This document shows positions 17,746 to 34,020 of a DNA stretch of 64,000 nt, one piece after another. Every line of letters starts with the position of its first letter. Within the stretch, counting starts at the first letter, position 1. Position numbers and translations under genes: made by a program. The DNA comes from the human T2T-CHM13v2.0 reference genome, Homo sapiens, in the NCBI RefSeq assembly GCF_009914755.1, contig NC_060927.1. The stretch is one strand, 5' to 3'. A model generated the notes under the pieces. It did not search any database. It was not told the origin of the DNA and worked only from the letters and a program-made list of their open reading frames with translations.

Positions 17746-19292
17746 AGTTTCAAGTGGGTCTTTTCCACCAGCAGCTAAATAGGCCCAAGTCCCTCCCTTA
17801 AAAAGAAAAAGAAAAAAGAAAAAATTCCTTGACTCCACATTGCACCATCACTTACAGTCCTTTTTCTTCCCTTCACCAAGGACTTTTAAAGAGAACTGCC
17901 TACACATGACCCCACTTTCTCACATGAAATTCTCAGTTCTCAAACCTCATGTCCAGCAGGCTCCGGCTATGTTTGGGCAGGCATGATGGAAAGGGAGCGT
18001 AGTTATGAGGCAAGGGGCTGAGAAATGTTGCTAAGCTGCAAAATCAGAACCCTTGTGATGCCTGTGCCAGACAACCGCAACCTTTCTTTGGATGTCTAAA
18101 AAGAAATGTCAAAGCTGCCCTTTTTTCCCCTTTCCTTTTTGCTGCTAAAAAGAGGAACTAACTTTTCACTCTTTAAAAAAAAACACAACTGATTCATTTT
18201 GTCACTTGGGAGAGAGAACATTCTGATTACACAGATTTTTGGGTGATCTTTTCTTCTCAGCCAACAACTGTTGGATTCCTGAGAATACCAATAAAGCATG
18301 AATCTAGCACAGACCAATAGATTATAAACTACTCTAAGACAAACCTAAAGGCTGACTAGGGTAAAAAAAGGCCATAGGATGCCCCAGGTGAAGCCTAATA
18401 TGGCAAGTCCTAGTAAATATGTTTTGAAGGTAAGGATCCAAAGTGGCCAAACTGTATTGACATGTGTGTACACAATATGACTATAAAAATTTTTAATTCT
18501 TGGAAACAATACTATTACATCAGGTATAGTTTAGTAAGTAGCTCCCTCAGGCTGTTTATCAGAAGCATGCGTAAATTCAGGGAAGGGCAGGTTTTTAAGG
18601 ACACATTTTGACAGCAGAAGAGAAAGTCATCTAACCACTTGCCCTCCTGCAGTTCCTTTACATCCATAGTTTAATAAGAAACAGAAATCAGGGAAGTGGC
18701 AAAAGGATGTCTGAAGCTTTGTGATGTGAGGAAAAGAAAAATATGGAAAGTGGAGGGGGGGTGGAAATTGGCAAGACAGTCACCCACTACTGAAGAAATC
18801 CTCCATTGGGTCTTAGCCAGGCGGACTAACTGCAGCATCAATTAATTCAGTGTTCCTTAAAGTTTAAAATAATCAAGAGCCCAATCTGAGAAGGCAGTAA
18901 ACCAAAAAAATCATTTCTCACTGATCAGACTTTTCCTGAAATAATGATAAAAACACGAAGTGATTACAGACAGAAAGTTTTCCATCTACACTAGTTATAG
19001 GCAAAACAGAAAATTGAGTGGGACTTCTCCCAATAACACAGATCTGATAAATGAACCCCAAAGATGAAGACAAACAGGCATCAAGCATGCTATTTAAAAA
19101 AAAACAAAACCCAAAAACTTTCAACATAGGGGAGCAGAATCTCCCCAAAGGCTTACCAACAGTTCAATGACCAGCTGTACCCTCCACCCCCACCACACAG
19201 ACACATCCACTGCTGACAATTTTTATAATTATTCCTATATATGAGAAAACTGGGGAGATGAGAAAAGATCAACTATAAGAGCTAGCAGCTTC

Positions 19293-19466
19293 CAGCTGGG
19301 CATGGTGGTCCACGCTTCTAGTCTCAGCCACTCAGGAGGCTGAGTGGGGGGATCGCTTAAGCACAGGAATTTGAAGCTGCAGTAAGCTACAATCACACCA
19401 CTGCACTCAAACCTGGGAAACATTTTAAAAAGAGACCCTGTCTCTAACGGTGGAAAAAAAAAAAAA
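19293..19466 (+). mobile_element. FRAM/FAM-type Alu monomer
   Basis: Single monomer with A tail; TSD agcagcttc. Confidence 0.85.
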
Positions 19467-19479
19467 GCAAGCAGCTTCA

Positions 19480-20270
19480 GTTGGGTAAACACAAGGTATC
19501 TATGATGAGAACATAGATACCTCAAAAGAACAAAACACCAAAAAAAAAAACAAGTCACAGACTGAGAAAAGATAGTTGTAAGCTAAAATTCAAATAATGA
19601 ATTAGCATCTAGAATTTTTAAAGTAATTACTTCAAATGAATCATTAAAAAGACTAACAATCCAACAGGAAAATGTGCAAAGATATGAACTGGCAAACCAC
19701 AGCAGGAAAAGCTTCAGAGGACCACATACAAATGAAAAGACACTCAACCTCAGGAATCAGGGAAATGCAAATTAAAATAAGATAGAATGTCATGCCTATT
19801 AGATTAATAACATTTTATGTCTCAACCAATGGTTAGCAAAGTTGTAGAAATGGGACATATTCAATGGGACAACTCTTGGGGAAGCAATTTGGCAACATCT
19901 AACAAAGGTGACGACACGTATCTTTCAACCTGACAATTCAATTCTGCTTCTGGATATATAAGCCCTAAGGAATCTATAGTACATGTGCACAGGATTGAAC
20001 AGTGTTCATACAGCACTACTTATAATAACAATAAACTGCAACACCAATGCCCACTGACAGGAGAACTGATCACTGTAGTGTTTTCACAGTGAATTATCAT
20101 ACAGCAGTGAAAACAAATGAACTAGTTACATGCAACATAGATAAATCTTTAAAATAATATTGGGAGGAAAAAAAAGCAAATTCCAGGAGACACACATTGG
20201 CATCATATCCCTTTTATAAAACTCAAAAAACAACTACAACTAAATGATACATTGCTTAACAATGCACACA
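19480..20270 (+). mobile_element. Old LINE-1 (L1ME-like) ORF2 end / 3'UTR
   Basis: atgaaaagacactcaacctca...agggaaatgcaaattaaaa...gcaatttggcaacatcta motifs. Confidence 0.8.
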
Positions 20271-20273
20271 ATG

Positions 20274-20780
20274 GGCCAGGCGCAGTGGCTCACACCTGTA
20301 ATCTCAGAGCTTTGAGAGGCTGAGGTGGGAAGATCACTTGAGGCCAGGAGTTTGAGACCAACCTGGCCAATGTGGGGAAACCCTGTCTCTACTAAAAATA
20401 CAAAAATGAGCCAGATGTCGTGGTGTGTGCCTGTAGTACCAGACACTCAGGAGGCTGAGGCATGAGAATTGCTTGAACCTCGGAGGCAGAGGTTGCAGTG
20501 AGCTGAGATCACACCCCTCCACTCCAGCCTGGGCAACAGAGCAAAACTCTGTCTCATTAAAAAAAAAAAAGAAAGAAGAAAAAAAGAATGCACACAAGCT
20601 GGATGCAGTGGAGTGGTGGACGCCTATAGTTCCAGCAACTCCAACGGCTGAGGAAAGAGGATCGCTTGAACCCAGGAGTTCAAGGCTGCAGTGAGCTATG
20701 CCTGCACCACTGTACTCCAGCCTGGGCAGCAGAATGACACCCTGTCTCTTAAAAATAAATAAATAAAATAAGCAAGCAAA
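20274..20780 (+). mobile_element. AluS (20274-20585) followed by a right-monomer Alu (20597-20780)
   Basis: Two tandem Alu units with A tails; TSD aatgcacacaa around the first. Confidence 0.9.
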
Positions 20781-21935
20781 CACAAATATATAAAAGTGAG
20801 TGCTACAGGAATCAAAGGTGAGTATATTTATAATTTATCCAACTCTTGTACCTGAAGTCCACTGGGAACAATAAAATAAATGAAATGGAATAAAATAAAA
20901 ATAAAGAAAAAAGAAAATGAAGCTTAGGCAGGTTAAATAACTTGCTTAAGAATAGAGTTCAGATTTGAATCCAGGCATATGACTCTGAAACCCAGGCTGT
21001 TTACCACTCTGCCATACGGCCTCTTTTCAAAGGGCATCTTAAGACCTCTTTGCTCAATCTAATGATCCTCCCTTCTTATTGAAACTTCATTCCTAAGGCT
21101 TTCATGAACCCATACTTCTCTGATTATCCTTGTACTTAATTATTCCTTCTTTTTACCTTTGTGGGTCCTTCTCCTCCATTCATTTAAATATTGATTTATG
21201 TGTCCCAGGGTTCTATCTTCATCAAGCTAGTTAAGAAACTGCCCTCTTGGGAGGAAGCAAAGCTAAAGAGGAATATGAGATACACACACCATTCCTTTCT
21301 TTTACAAAAAAAAAAAAAAAAAAAAATCAGAAGGGGACAATGTAATCGCCAAGCAATTTCAACCAATAGTAATTTTTGCTCAAGATCACATTGGAGCTGC
21401 CTATCACAATCTTCAAAGTGGCATTAACATCGCTAAGGCAATTTTAAACTAATAATTAAATAGAAATTGTTTCATAAACACAGTGCTCTTATTTTGTTAC
21501 CGTAACTTCTTGACTAAGCACTGTTTCAACATGAATATTTGGTTCATTTAACACATTTTAAATAACTATCACATAGTGAAAGCATTGTTGAGCAGAAAGC
21601 AGCATATGAGTTATCTTTTAAGAGTTCAGCTGTACCAGTTACAAATATCAAAAGATACTAATGAGCCACTGTATCCAAGCCAATTTGTTAAATAAAATGG
21701 AAAAAAATACACTTGCATAATTCGAATGGCCTTCTCACTCCATGTCTTAGAATGTCCACAGAACTTTTACTGAAGCAAGGCATTATGCAGGCTGTACAAT
21801 TATACTGCTGTGTTAGTGAACACATTTTAATCTGTGCAAGACAAAAAAATACAAGTATTTCTTAGCTACTAAGTTTCATACCAATCATGAAAGCTCATAT
21901 AAGCCATAAAAAATGTTATTTTAAATTGCACTTTA

Positions 21936-22299
<364 letters not shown>

Positions 22300-22933
22300 C
22301 TATTCATAATTTTTAATTTGGTGTAAATTTTCTAGTATTCTTTTCTTTTTGCAATACAAATTTATATTTCTTACACTCCATAATTTTTAACAACCATAAT
22401 GAATCAGGTACAATATTTAAAGCTTTTATGATTTTTTTTTAACTAAGAAATTTTAAAACACACATGCCCACCCACCCCAAGTGTTCCATACAAAGACATC
22501 TCCACGTGGCTTTCTTTCTCAGGAAGTTAGTCAAAACCGTACAGCTGCATGGGGCAAGTGGATAAGAGAGGAAAACAGAAGTTGCAGATGCTGAAATTGT
22601 AGCATACGGCATTAACTTTTGGTTTTTTATCTTGTTTTTTGTTTTGCTACCAAGTTACTCATTATATTGAGCATTTTTCAGTACCCTTAAAGTAAAACAA
22701 TTCAACCCCTTGTGAACTGAAGGTAGGCTGTTTTGTGTTCCAGGAAATAAATAAGGCACTGCTCTCCAGTCTATTTCCCTTCACCTAACTGTTATGTCCT
22801 GGTAGGGTTTATTCTCTCATCAAATATTTACTGAATGTGCCAGGAACTGGGGTTACATATGAATAAAACTTAGGCCCAGGTCTCAAGGAGTTTACAGTCT
22901 AAAAGGGAAGACAGACATAAAAATACACACACA

Positions 22934-23578
22934 CAGGCCCATAATCCATTACCCTAAACCCTAGGGCCAGATATATTTCAGAATTTGGAAGTTTCCAGGT
23001 TTTAGAAAGGTACATTCATTGTATTGGCATAACACCAAAACCAGACCCCAGAGCAGCACCCACAGAGTCAAGAATTAAAATTTCTGAAGCAAAATGTAAA
23101 GCATGTTCATATGAGGTAGGAAAAAAAGAGACTAAGAACCTATAACCCCAGCACTTTGGGAGGCCGAGGCAGGCGGATCACTTGAGGCCAGGAGTTCGAG
23201 ACCAGCCTGGCCAACATGGTGAAACCCCATCTCTACTAAAAATACAAAAATCAGCCGGGCATGGTGGTGTGAGCCTGTAGTCCCAGCTACTTGGGAAGCT
23301 GAGGCATAAGAATCGCTTGAACATGGGAGGCGTAGGTTGCAGTGAGCGGAAGATTGCACAACTGCACTCCTGACTGGCAAAAGAGCAAGTCTATCTCAAA
23401 AAAAAAACAAAAACAGACTAAGCAATAGCTTCATGTTGTTATAGTTCAGGTCACACTGTGCCACCAAATGAGTTCAGGTCATATAAGGTTTTGCCACTAA
23501 ATTATTTGTGAAAAGGAAAAAAAAACCTGTAGTTTTCAAGAGTATTTGGTATTTCTAAATTGTTAAGAGACTGACCTG
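22934..23578. mobile_element. Tigger-family MITE (MER46C-like), interrupted by an Alu
   Basis: CAGG...CCTG|TA ends; ggggccagatatatttcagaattt-like motif. Confidence 0.6.
23138..23415 (+). mobile_element. AluS, 5'-truncated
   Basis: Alu body with A tail; TSD agactaag. Confidence 0.9.
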
Positions 23579-23619
23579 TAATACACATGAGGAGGACTGC
23601 CTGGCACAAAGGCAGGATA

Positions 23620-23925
<306 letters not shown>

Positions 23926-24837
23926 AGGCAGGATTACCCCGAACTTAAAAAGTACCAACTAGGAGTTAGCCAACTAAGAGATAACATTTACTGAGCATTT
24001 ATTACGTGTATGTACACAACTCTGTGTAGTAACTCTTTATTTAGTTCTCAAAACAACCTCAGAAGGTAGGTACCAGTATCATTCTCATTCCACAGACGAG
24101 GAAACTTTACACATGGAGGTTATGGACCTTAGCCAAGTTCACACAACCTAATGGAGCCAGAGATGACTACTTACAGTGTGACCCCGGAAATTCTTTAACT
24201 ACTCTAAGTCTCCATTCCTTCATCTGTGCAGTGGGGATCTCTACCCCTATGGGATTGTTTTGGGAATTAAATAATACACATTTTTTAATGTCTTGGGAAA
24301 TTTAAGTCAATTTGGCCCAGCAAGGGAAATATATGAAGAAGCTATAGCCATGAACACTACTCAGGCTAATATCTACAGTGATTAATTGACAGATCTAATA
24401 GTACAGTGCTCTAAACAAAAATGGAAAAAGAAATGACCAGAAGGAAGGCCTTTCTTGGCCTTATGCTGCAATTTAACTACTTCTTCCTCTACTGAACTCC
24501 TTAAGAAGCATTGGGGCAACTGTTGGTAAAGGCTGTGTTTTATTTTCTGGGAGAGGACTAAAACAATCCATGAGCACTGTTTCATTTGCACCAGGACTCT
24601 CCTATTGAGGGGTAGAGGAGAGTGGTTTCAAAGGGGGAGAGAGAATAGAAGAAAACAACCAGTTATTTGAAGGGCTTTCTCAAACTACATCCACATCCTG
24701 AAGATTTAAATACTTGCCCCACCTCATTAGCAGCACCTGACTCTGTGGCCCATCCCCCACCCTAAGGCCTTGACTCTTCAAGTGTGTAAGGGCGGAACCA
24801 GGGTTGATAACCACTAATTTAACCAAACAGTTTCAAT

Positions 24838-25021
24838 CTGTGGTTCTCAGAGTGTGGGGACCAGCAGCATCAGCATCACGTAGAAACCTGTTAGAAATGC
24901 AAATTTATAAATCCCTTCCCAGGACTACAGACTCGGAAACCTTGAGGGTAGAGCCCAGCAATCTGTGTTTTAGCAAGTCTTCACGGTGAGTCTGAAGCTC
25001 TCTAGAGTTTGAGATCCACTG
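24838..25021. mobile_element. MER5A (hAT-Charlie MITE)
   Basis: gtggttctcagagtgtgg...accagcagcatcagcatcac...agtttgagatccactg. Confidence 0.88.
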
Positions 25022-25183
25022 GTCTAAGCTCTTATTTACACAAGCAGTTTAACATCGTGTGATTGGAGGAAAGTTCAAGAACGTGTGTTCATGCAGTAAT
25101 CACTTCCTAAAAATCACTAAACTGGCACTTTTATAATCTTCCTGATCAGATAAAACATCTAAATCCTTACACATAAAGACATC

Positions 25184-25762
25184 TGTGAAAGGAAAATAAA
25201 TCTTGGAACCCCAGACTCACTAAGCCTAAAGGAAAAGTCAAGCTGGGTCATGCAAACCTGCCTCCCATTATGGTTCCTAGATAAGATGGCTACAAAGATG
25301 AAAAGCTACACACCTCCCTCACACTTGGCCCCTGAAGAAATCCTTGTGGGCCCCGAGATCTCTACCCTAAAGCAGTTCTGTTGAAGGTCACCAAGGCAAT
25401 GTGAATTGATAGCTTATCTTCACAGGCGTGGGGACATAGGACAGGACTCAAAATCATCCCTCCACTCACCTGAGACAAATGTATATCTCACTGCTTCTTC
25501 TGCTGTATTTGTCTATGTTGTCTTATGTAAAAATACAGATTCGCTGATTCAGACAAAGGCATGAATGTTTTCCCCTACCGATTTCTCATATGAAAATTGT
25601 GTATTTCCCAATATCCTGCCCTTTCTCCTTTAAATACTGAAGCCCTCAAAATCATCTTCAGAGAAAGGCATAGACCTGCCTCCCAGGCACATATCCTTAA
25701 CTTTGGCAAATAAACCTCACGAAATAATTGAGACTTGCCTCAGATATTTTCTTTGATTTACA
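25184..25762 (+). mobile_element. Solo ERV1 LTR, MER4A/MER4C-like
   Basis: TGTGAAAGGAAAATAAATCTTGG...aactttggcaaataaacc...gatttaCA; 4-bp TSD catc/catt. Confidence 0.88.
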
Positions 25763-26705
25763 CATTAAAAGGAATATAGATTTTAAAACATTATTCTTGT
25801 TCTTAATTCATTTTAAAGCAAAATAACTTCCCATATGTGAACTGTGATAAGATTTTGAATTTTTTTCTAAAGAATGGCTTCAGAAAGGGCAAAGAAGTTC
25901 CTATATAAATTGCAATTTTCTCAACACTCCCAACTTAAAATATTTGTACACAGAAATCATTAACAATTAATTCCTTGACATATTTCAGGTGTTATCTTCT
26001 CTTTCCTTGAGGGAAACAATTCCTCAAACAGAACTATGATTTTTGGGGGGCAGCTATACCTCCTTTGGTCTTACTTTACTCTTGAAGAAATATAAGAATG
26101 AAATAAATACCCAGGTCAGGAAGGACAGGCTTAGTTAGGAACCAAGCTGTCTTCTTTTATCTTGAAATATTCATGCTACCTGAAAAAAGAGACACTTGAG
26201 ACATTTTTTAAAAAATTAAGACTTAAATGAATTAATCTTTGTTAAAGTAGCAAAGTACATGAGAAAATACCAAGAAAATAGTGTTTCATGTATTTTGGGA
26301 ATTAAAAAGGGACTTAGATTCTGAAATGCCAGCTGACTTTTACATGTTTTATTATTTTTTTCAAGAACTTGTGATTACGTTTTCTGAACAAGGCACAATG
26401 TCATCAGTCGATATAGGCACAAATTGACCAAGAAGAAAAACAAGTTATTTCTCCATGTATCATAAATGGATCCATTTGGGGTGAACACGGTTAATAATTA
26501 GGGGTTATGACATTGAACAGGATATGTCATCAATGCAGAATCTAAACAGGGATGGTAAATTCCATTACCCAGTAAACTTTCATGCATAAAAATAAAAAAT
26601 GAATAGGAATTCATGGAATTAAAACCTAATGCAGAGTACATGTGTTAAGTATAGTGTTGATATGTTTCTATTCTTTCGGTGTATTTTTTAAAAATTCCTA
26701 TATAT

Positions 26706-26738
<33 letters not shown>

Positions 26739-27246
26739 TACAATAGCAGCTTGAAATGAGTAAGTTTAAACTCTTTTCCAGTCAACATTTTGGGAAGGTT
26801 TTCAAAAGGATTTTCTTCTGCATTGTTCCTATTATTTTCACCTATACTCCTAAAAGTACATAAGAAATGAGTATTATTTTGACCTACTGTCAATCTAAAT
26901 CATCATGTGATTCCTTCTTCCACTCAACAAACACGTATTTGACACCTACCCTGTGCTAGGCACAGAAACCCACCCCATCAGAAACATTCATCCATTGGAA
27001 AAACAGGTAAGTAACTATACAGCCATGCATCACTTAACGATGGGAATATGCTCTGAGAAACACGTCCTTAGGCAATTTCATCACTGTGCAAACATCATAG
27101 GGTGTCCTTACACACACCTAGATGGTATTGCCTACCATACACCTAGGCTCTATAGCATATAGCCTATTGCTCCTGGGCTACTAACCCGTACTGCATACTC
27201 AACACTGCAGGCAATTTTAACACCATGGTAAATATTTGTGTATCTA

Positions 27247-27612
<366 letters not shown>

Positions 27613-27650
27613 TCACCCTATATACAGTCAACTCACTGACTGAAACATCA

Positions 27651-27941
27651 TTTTTTTGAGACGGAGTTTCACTCTTGTTGCCCAGGCTGGAGTGCAGTGG
27701 CACACGATCTCGGCTCACTGCAAACTCCGCCTCCTGGGTTCAAGCAATTCTCCTGCCTCAGCCTTCCGAGTAGCTGAGATTACAGGTGCCCGCCACCACG
27801 CCTGGCTAATTTTTGTATTTTAGTAAAGACAGGGTTTCACCATGTTGGTCAGGCTGATCTCAAACTCCTGACCTCAGGTGATCCACATGTCTCGGCCTCC
27901 CAAAGTGCTGGGATTACAGGCGTGAGCCACCAAGCCCGGCC
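27651..27941 (-). mobile_element. AluS
   Basis: Full length; TSD gactgaaa(c/t)atc. Confidence 0.93.
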
Positions 27942-28462
27942 GACTGAAATATCGTTATGGGGCTCATCACTATAATCATATTACAGTGTAAATGCTATGA
28001 CAGAACTTGTATTTAAAGTATTACGTCATTGAAACCAAATGTTTATGAGAATGTGGCTGAACTCAACATACTAAGGATTTCTCTTAAATTTTACACAATA
28101 CGTTTTGAAACTATTGTCCATGAATTCATTGAACCCATTTTTAGTATGCTTATATTTTCACCTGTACTACTTCTTAAAAGTAACAAGTTCTGTCAATTTA
28201 CGTCAGCTCTGTAAAATAGCAGGGCATTTCCTTTTACTTAGTCCTAAAACTACCTTCTCTAAGAGGAGCCTCTTGGTTTTAGTACTCTAAGATTTTGTGA
28301 ACTAAACATTAGAAACATAAATTATGATTATGTAAATTTAAAATCATACACTTAGCCTGTCTTTTCTTACATGACCCACTCAAGCATTATTATCTCTTGG
28401 ATTTTTTTTTATACGACCACATGTAGTTATCTCTGTGTTACCAAGCCACAGTCCTATGTCAC

Positions 28463-28763
28463 TTTTTTTTTTAAGAGATGGGGTCTTGTTCTGTCGCCCA
28501 GGTTAAAGCACAGTGGCACTGCCATCCTTGCTCACCACTGCAGCCTTGAACCCAGTGGCTCAAACGATCTCCGACCTCAGCCTACCAAGTTGCTGGAACT
28601 ACAGGTATGCACCACCATGCCAAGCTAATTAAAAAAAAAAAATTTTAGAGGTGGGGTCCTTACTATGTTGCCTAGGCCTGTCTTGACATCCTGAGCTCAG
28701 ACTGTCTTCCCATCTCAGCCTCCTGAGTAGCTGGGATGAAAGGTGTGATCCACCATACCCGGC
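28463..28763 (-). mobile_element. AluJ (diverged)
   Basis: J-type reverse complement. Confidence 0.85.
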
Positions 28764-29090
28764 AGTTTTGTATCACTTAAAGTCACATAACTTGCTTTTG
28801 TTTTACCAGAAACAACCCTTTAAATTTACCAGACTTGGTTATATATTATTTTTGGTTACATACAAAAATTTTAAAAATCAATCCCACCATTAAAGGGTTA
28901 GAATATGACAACTGGGGATATCAGAATTTCATCCAACAAATGTTTATGAGTGCCTCACAAGCATTACCATCTAGCTTATTTGCTAACTCCGCTTCATAGG
29001 ACAAAATGTTAACATGTGCAATTACCATAGTCACGGAAAAGTAGCTACAATTTCTTATGTTCACAGCTTTAATAAAAGTAAAATATCTTA

Positions 29091-29390
<300 letters not shown>

Positions 29391-30401
29391 TTAAAGTTAC
29401 CAATAAGTAGAAATAGAATACAGCATCCAGTGTCTTTCACTGTAGATTTCATTTTTCTTAACAAAGCCATAATGCCTACCTATAAGATAAAATTTTAGAG
29501 GTTTTAGTTAACAAGCAAGTGTACTTATGGTGATACTGTTCTGAGATGAGCAGATATCCATCTCTGCTACCTCAGGATGACACTTCATTTACAAAAATAC
29601 TATACAATTACTGTCTCAGGTTTAGATTAGCAGCTAATTAATAACTGAAGTTATTTGGGATTCTATCCCATCCCCAATTCTCTACCCCACCACTAATGTT
29701 CTCGGAATCTATCATTCAAAGGGTCTTATCTCTACCATGCAGTTCGAATAGAATATTCATTTTTAGTTACATTTAGTCCCATTTAGTTTTGTTCTACTGC
29801 TGATTTTCCTATTCACGTTTTTATCCTACAACACTCTCTATCACATATACCAAGACTGCTCTTCAATGCCTTAAGGGAACACACAATCCCCCCGATTCTT
29901 CAGCATCCTCTCATAATCTGTCTCATCATTTCTAAAACCTTTGCAAAGATTTTTTTGCATTAAAAGGTGAGTCAACACATAAACATGAATGAAATTTACA
30001 TACTAACCTATCTCTATTTTCTTTATGTCTTACAGCCAGGAGGAGTCTGTGGTTTTTTCATTTTTTTCCCCCCAAAGAGTTTCCCTGGTGATATATTCAA
30101 TAATTAATGAACCAAATGAAATCTCCTGTTCATAAATTTTAATTCCCATAGTAAGGTTAACACAAACCATGAAAACTAATATCTAAGTTTAAAATTTTTA
30201 ATTACTAAGTTTTTTGTTTTTTAGACCACACGGCAAGGAGATCACATTTTTCAGGGTGTTTTTTTTTTTTTTTTAACCTCTCAACCGCTTCCCTAGAGCC
30301 CTTTTAATACGTAATACAGATAACTAAGATCCCTTGTTGACAAATTTCAATTTCCTCAAGTACTTAACTGCCTACCATGTTCCATTTAAATACACAGTTT
30401 C

Positions 30402-30551
30402 ATCGGCACGGTGGCATGCACCTATAGTCCCAGATACTTAAGAGGCTGAGATGTGAGGATTGCTTGAGCCTGGGAAGTCAAGGCTGTAGTAAGCCATGAT
30501 CGTACCACTGCACTCCAGTCTGTGTGACAGAGAGAGACTCTGTCTCAAAAA
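30402..30551 (+). mobile_element. FRAM-type Alu monomer
   Basis: Right monomer only. Confidence 0.85.
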
Positions 30552-31113
30552 GTATATACATGCATACATATATAATTTAATTTGCAGAATTCTAGAATGT
30601 CTTAAATTATTTCCTTATAAAAACTAGCCACGGTAAGCCTTTTTAACTATCCTAAACATAATGTATATAATTTACGTCACATGCCAATTAGACATAAAAC
30701 CTCATTCAGCTTAAGCTGCCTTACTGGGTTTTTAATTTCACTTACCAAGTAGTTAATGACAAATTTTCATATTTTAAACAATCTCTGGGTAAAGGTGTTT
30801 AGTTGAAAAACTGAATATAAAAATAAGGAGAAAAAAAATGAGTCAAGCCATTGCTAAGTGTTGCCATTAAAAAAAAAAATTAAAAATCCTATATAAGAGC
30901 CTAGCAATTATTAGTTCTTTGAGCATAGAGGCCATTGTCCTCATCTTGTCCCTCCCAAAGTAGTATTCTCTCTTTCTTCAGCTATAGAGAAATTGATAGA
31001 ATCTGTTCCATAGAGAAAGTAGATTTCATTAATTTCTCCACAGCTGAAAATTCATGACAAGCTAAAAGTAAGAGAGTAGAAACAGTAAGGCCTCTAAAAA
31101 GAGTACTTTATAC

Positions 31114-31439
<326 letters not shown>

Positions 31440-32699
31440 TAAGAATTAATGTTTAAGGATATTCATTAACCAATTGTATATATGACAACAAATTAAAAAT
31501 ATAAATAGGAGAGTAGTTATGATGCATTCATACAGTGAAATATTATGCAGCTATTAAGAAGACAGCGCTCTGACTTGCAGAGATACTAAGAATAATGATA
31601 TCTTCTGAGCGAATTCTTTTTTAGAGGGTTCCTACTGCAAGTAAGACAAGCATCTCAGTGGGAGTTTGTCCTTACCCAGTAAGGTATACTACATTTCTTT
31701 TGTAATAACTACACAGTATATGAACAAACCCTGCTAAAGCCAAAAGTGGAGGAACAATTAAGCTGTTACTGCCATAAATATGAAATATAGACACTAAGAG
31801 AAACTTTATATTATTTCAGCAAGTCAGTAGCATCTGAGTGTAGAAACATTTCATGTGATTTCTATTTCAAAAAAGATAAAATAACACATCTTTCAGCAAT
31901 TCTGGAAGAAAAGGCTCTCTATAAACATACTGGAAAATGGAACTGAGGAACACACACTGTGAACTTACCAAGCATTTTTCTGTCCATAACTATTGCTCCA
32001 AAGGAAATTCTCCGGTCCCTGTACCATCCACACGACCTTGGCACAAAGGTGGTAGTGAAGCATGAAGATTTAGGGCACTGACTCTGGTCCTCCACTGCTG
32101 GAGTTTGAACACTGGCTTCACCACTTGTGTACGTTAACCGACACATGGTAGTCAATAAAGGTTCACTGAAATTATTACTACAGTTGAGAGAAAGAGGTCT
32201 TTGAACTAAAGATGGAAAAATATTAAAATACTTCAAGGGACAGAAGTATATTTAAGCAGGAATTCTTTTAAGAGATCCAAACATTTTGGGTGTGCTCAAT
32301 AGGTTATTTTTTCATCCTAAGCCAGATCTCTCTTCAAATCTGTGGCTCATTTTCTTTTCATTCTTTCTAATCGTATTGTAATTATTCAGGAGGCTTAACT
32401 AAAGTTAAAATTTTCAAATCTATTTTTTTTAAGTTAATTATCCAGTTTGTGATCTAGGTTCTTGTATTTTAGTTTCTTCTTGACCTATTCTACTCACTTG
32501 CCGCTTATTATCATCACTCCACCAGAGGGCATACAAAAGAAAGGTGATAACGTGAAAACACTCAAAGTTGGTAACTTGTTAGCTTTCAGAGAAGCTGTGG
32601 CAGCATCACCAAACACCTTACGTAGCACTAACGCTGTAAGATTCTCTGGAAACCGTCTTCTCCATTTGAAACGGCATTAGCTAAGATACAACAAATATT

Positions 32700-34020
32700 A
32701 ATTCATGCATTCATTCCTTCATTCAACAAATATCTGAGTCCCGACCATGTGCCAAACATATTCTAGGCTCTAGAGATTCGGTAGTAAACAAAACAAAACT
32801 TCCTATTGCCACAGTGCTTTGTTCTGTATCTGTCTAGGAGATAAATAATACAGCACATCAATAACATAATTTTAAGTACAGATAAGTCGTATGCAAGAAA
32901 AAAACTGCAAGAACTTCAAGAGGTTAGAGGGTGACGAGGAAGGCTATTTTCAAATAAATTAAGTAAGGACTGAATGAAATGAGAGGATGAGCTATGTCTT
33001 CATTGGGAGAAAGCATTACAGGCAGAACAGCAAGCAAAGGCCCAGGCAGAAACTAACCTGACATGCTGGACCTACAGCAGTGACGATGGCGAGGCTGGAA
33101 GAGAGTGAGCAGGGCAGAGAGCAGCAGATGAGACTAGAAGGGTGTGCCAGAGCCCAGTCACCGTCTCTTGATCATGGTATTAAAAAAAAAAAAAAAAAAA
33201 ATCCTGATTTTTTTTCAGATGGGGTCTCACTCTATTGCCCAGGCACAAACATGGCTCACTGCAACTTTGACCTCCTGGACTCAAGCAATCCTCCCGCCTC
33301 AGACTCCCATGTAGCTGAGACCACAGATATGCACCACCACGCCTGGCTAAAACGTTTTTATTTTATCTAACAATAATGGGTTCTGACGACTGAGATATAA
33401 CCTGCTTTGATTTACCTCTTTTAAAGTTCATGCTGGCTGGTGGGAGACAGAGAGTGGAAGCTGACAAACCAGTTGGGGGGCTCCTGCAGTCATCCAGGCC
33501 AGGGAAGAATACAGTTTGACACCAGGGTGGTGGTGGTGGCAGTGCAGGTGATAGGAATGGTCAAATTAACTTTTTAAAAAAGATGGTCCAATCTGCAGTG
33601 ATTTTGAAGGTAGAGCCCATAATACTTGCTGTTGAAGGAATAGATTTAGAATGAGTGAAATGGGGAATTAGAATTTTTAGCCTCAGCAACTGGTGGATGG
33701 TGGTACCATTGACTGAGATGGAGAAGAATGAGAAACTGTAGCCAATGAGGCAGGATGAAAATCAGAAAGAGCGGTGTCCCAGAAGCCAAGGGGAAACGAC
33801 ATTTTGATAGGGAAGGAGTTATCTGTTGCCTGTGTCAAATGTGGCTGAAGATCCAGTTTGGCAAGACTGACATCCCTGGTGACCTGGAGAAGAATTGTTT
33901 CATGGAGTAGGAGGGATAATGTGTCTCTGAAGCGGGTTCAGAAGAAGATGGCAGATAAGGAGTAGAGACAGCCTACATGGAGTCCCTTCAAAGATTTTCT
34001 TTTTGAAGCAAAGCTGCATT
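32700..34020 (-). mobile_element. LINE-2 (L2a-like), with a partial Alu at ~33210-33350
   Basis: cattcattccttcattcaacaaatat 3' terminus; ttttgaaggtagagcc, gcaactggtggatggtggtaccattgactgagatgg motifs. Confidence 0.85.

Noticed and set aside
23930-23950. ggattaccccgaacttaa resembles the start of large-subunit rRNA
   Set aside because: Too short and gapped; it overlaps an Alu TSD.
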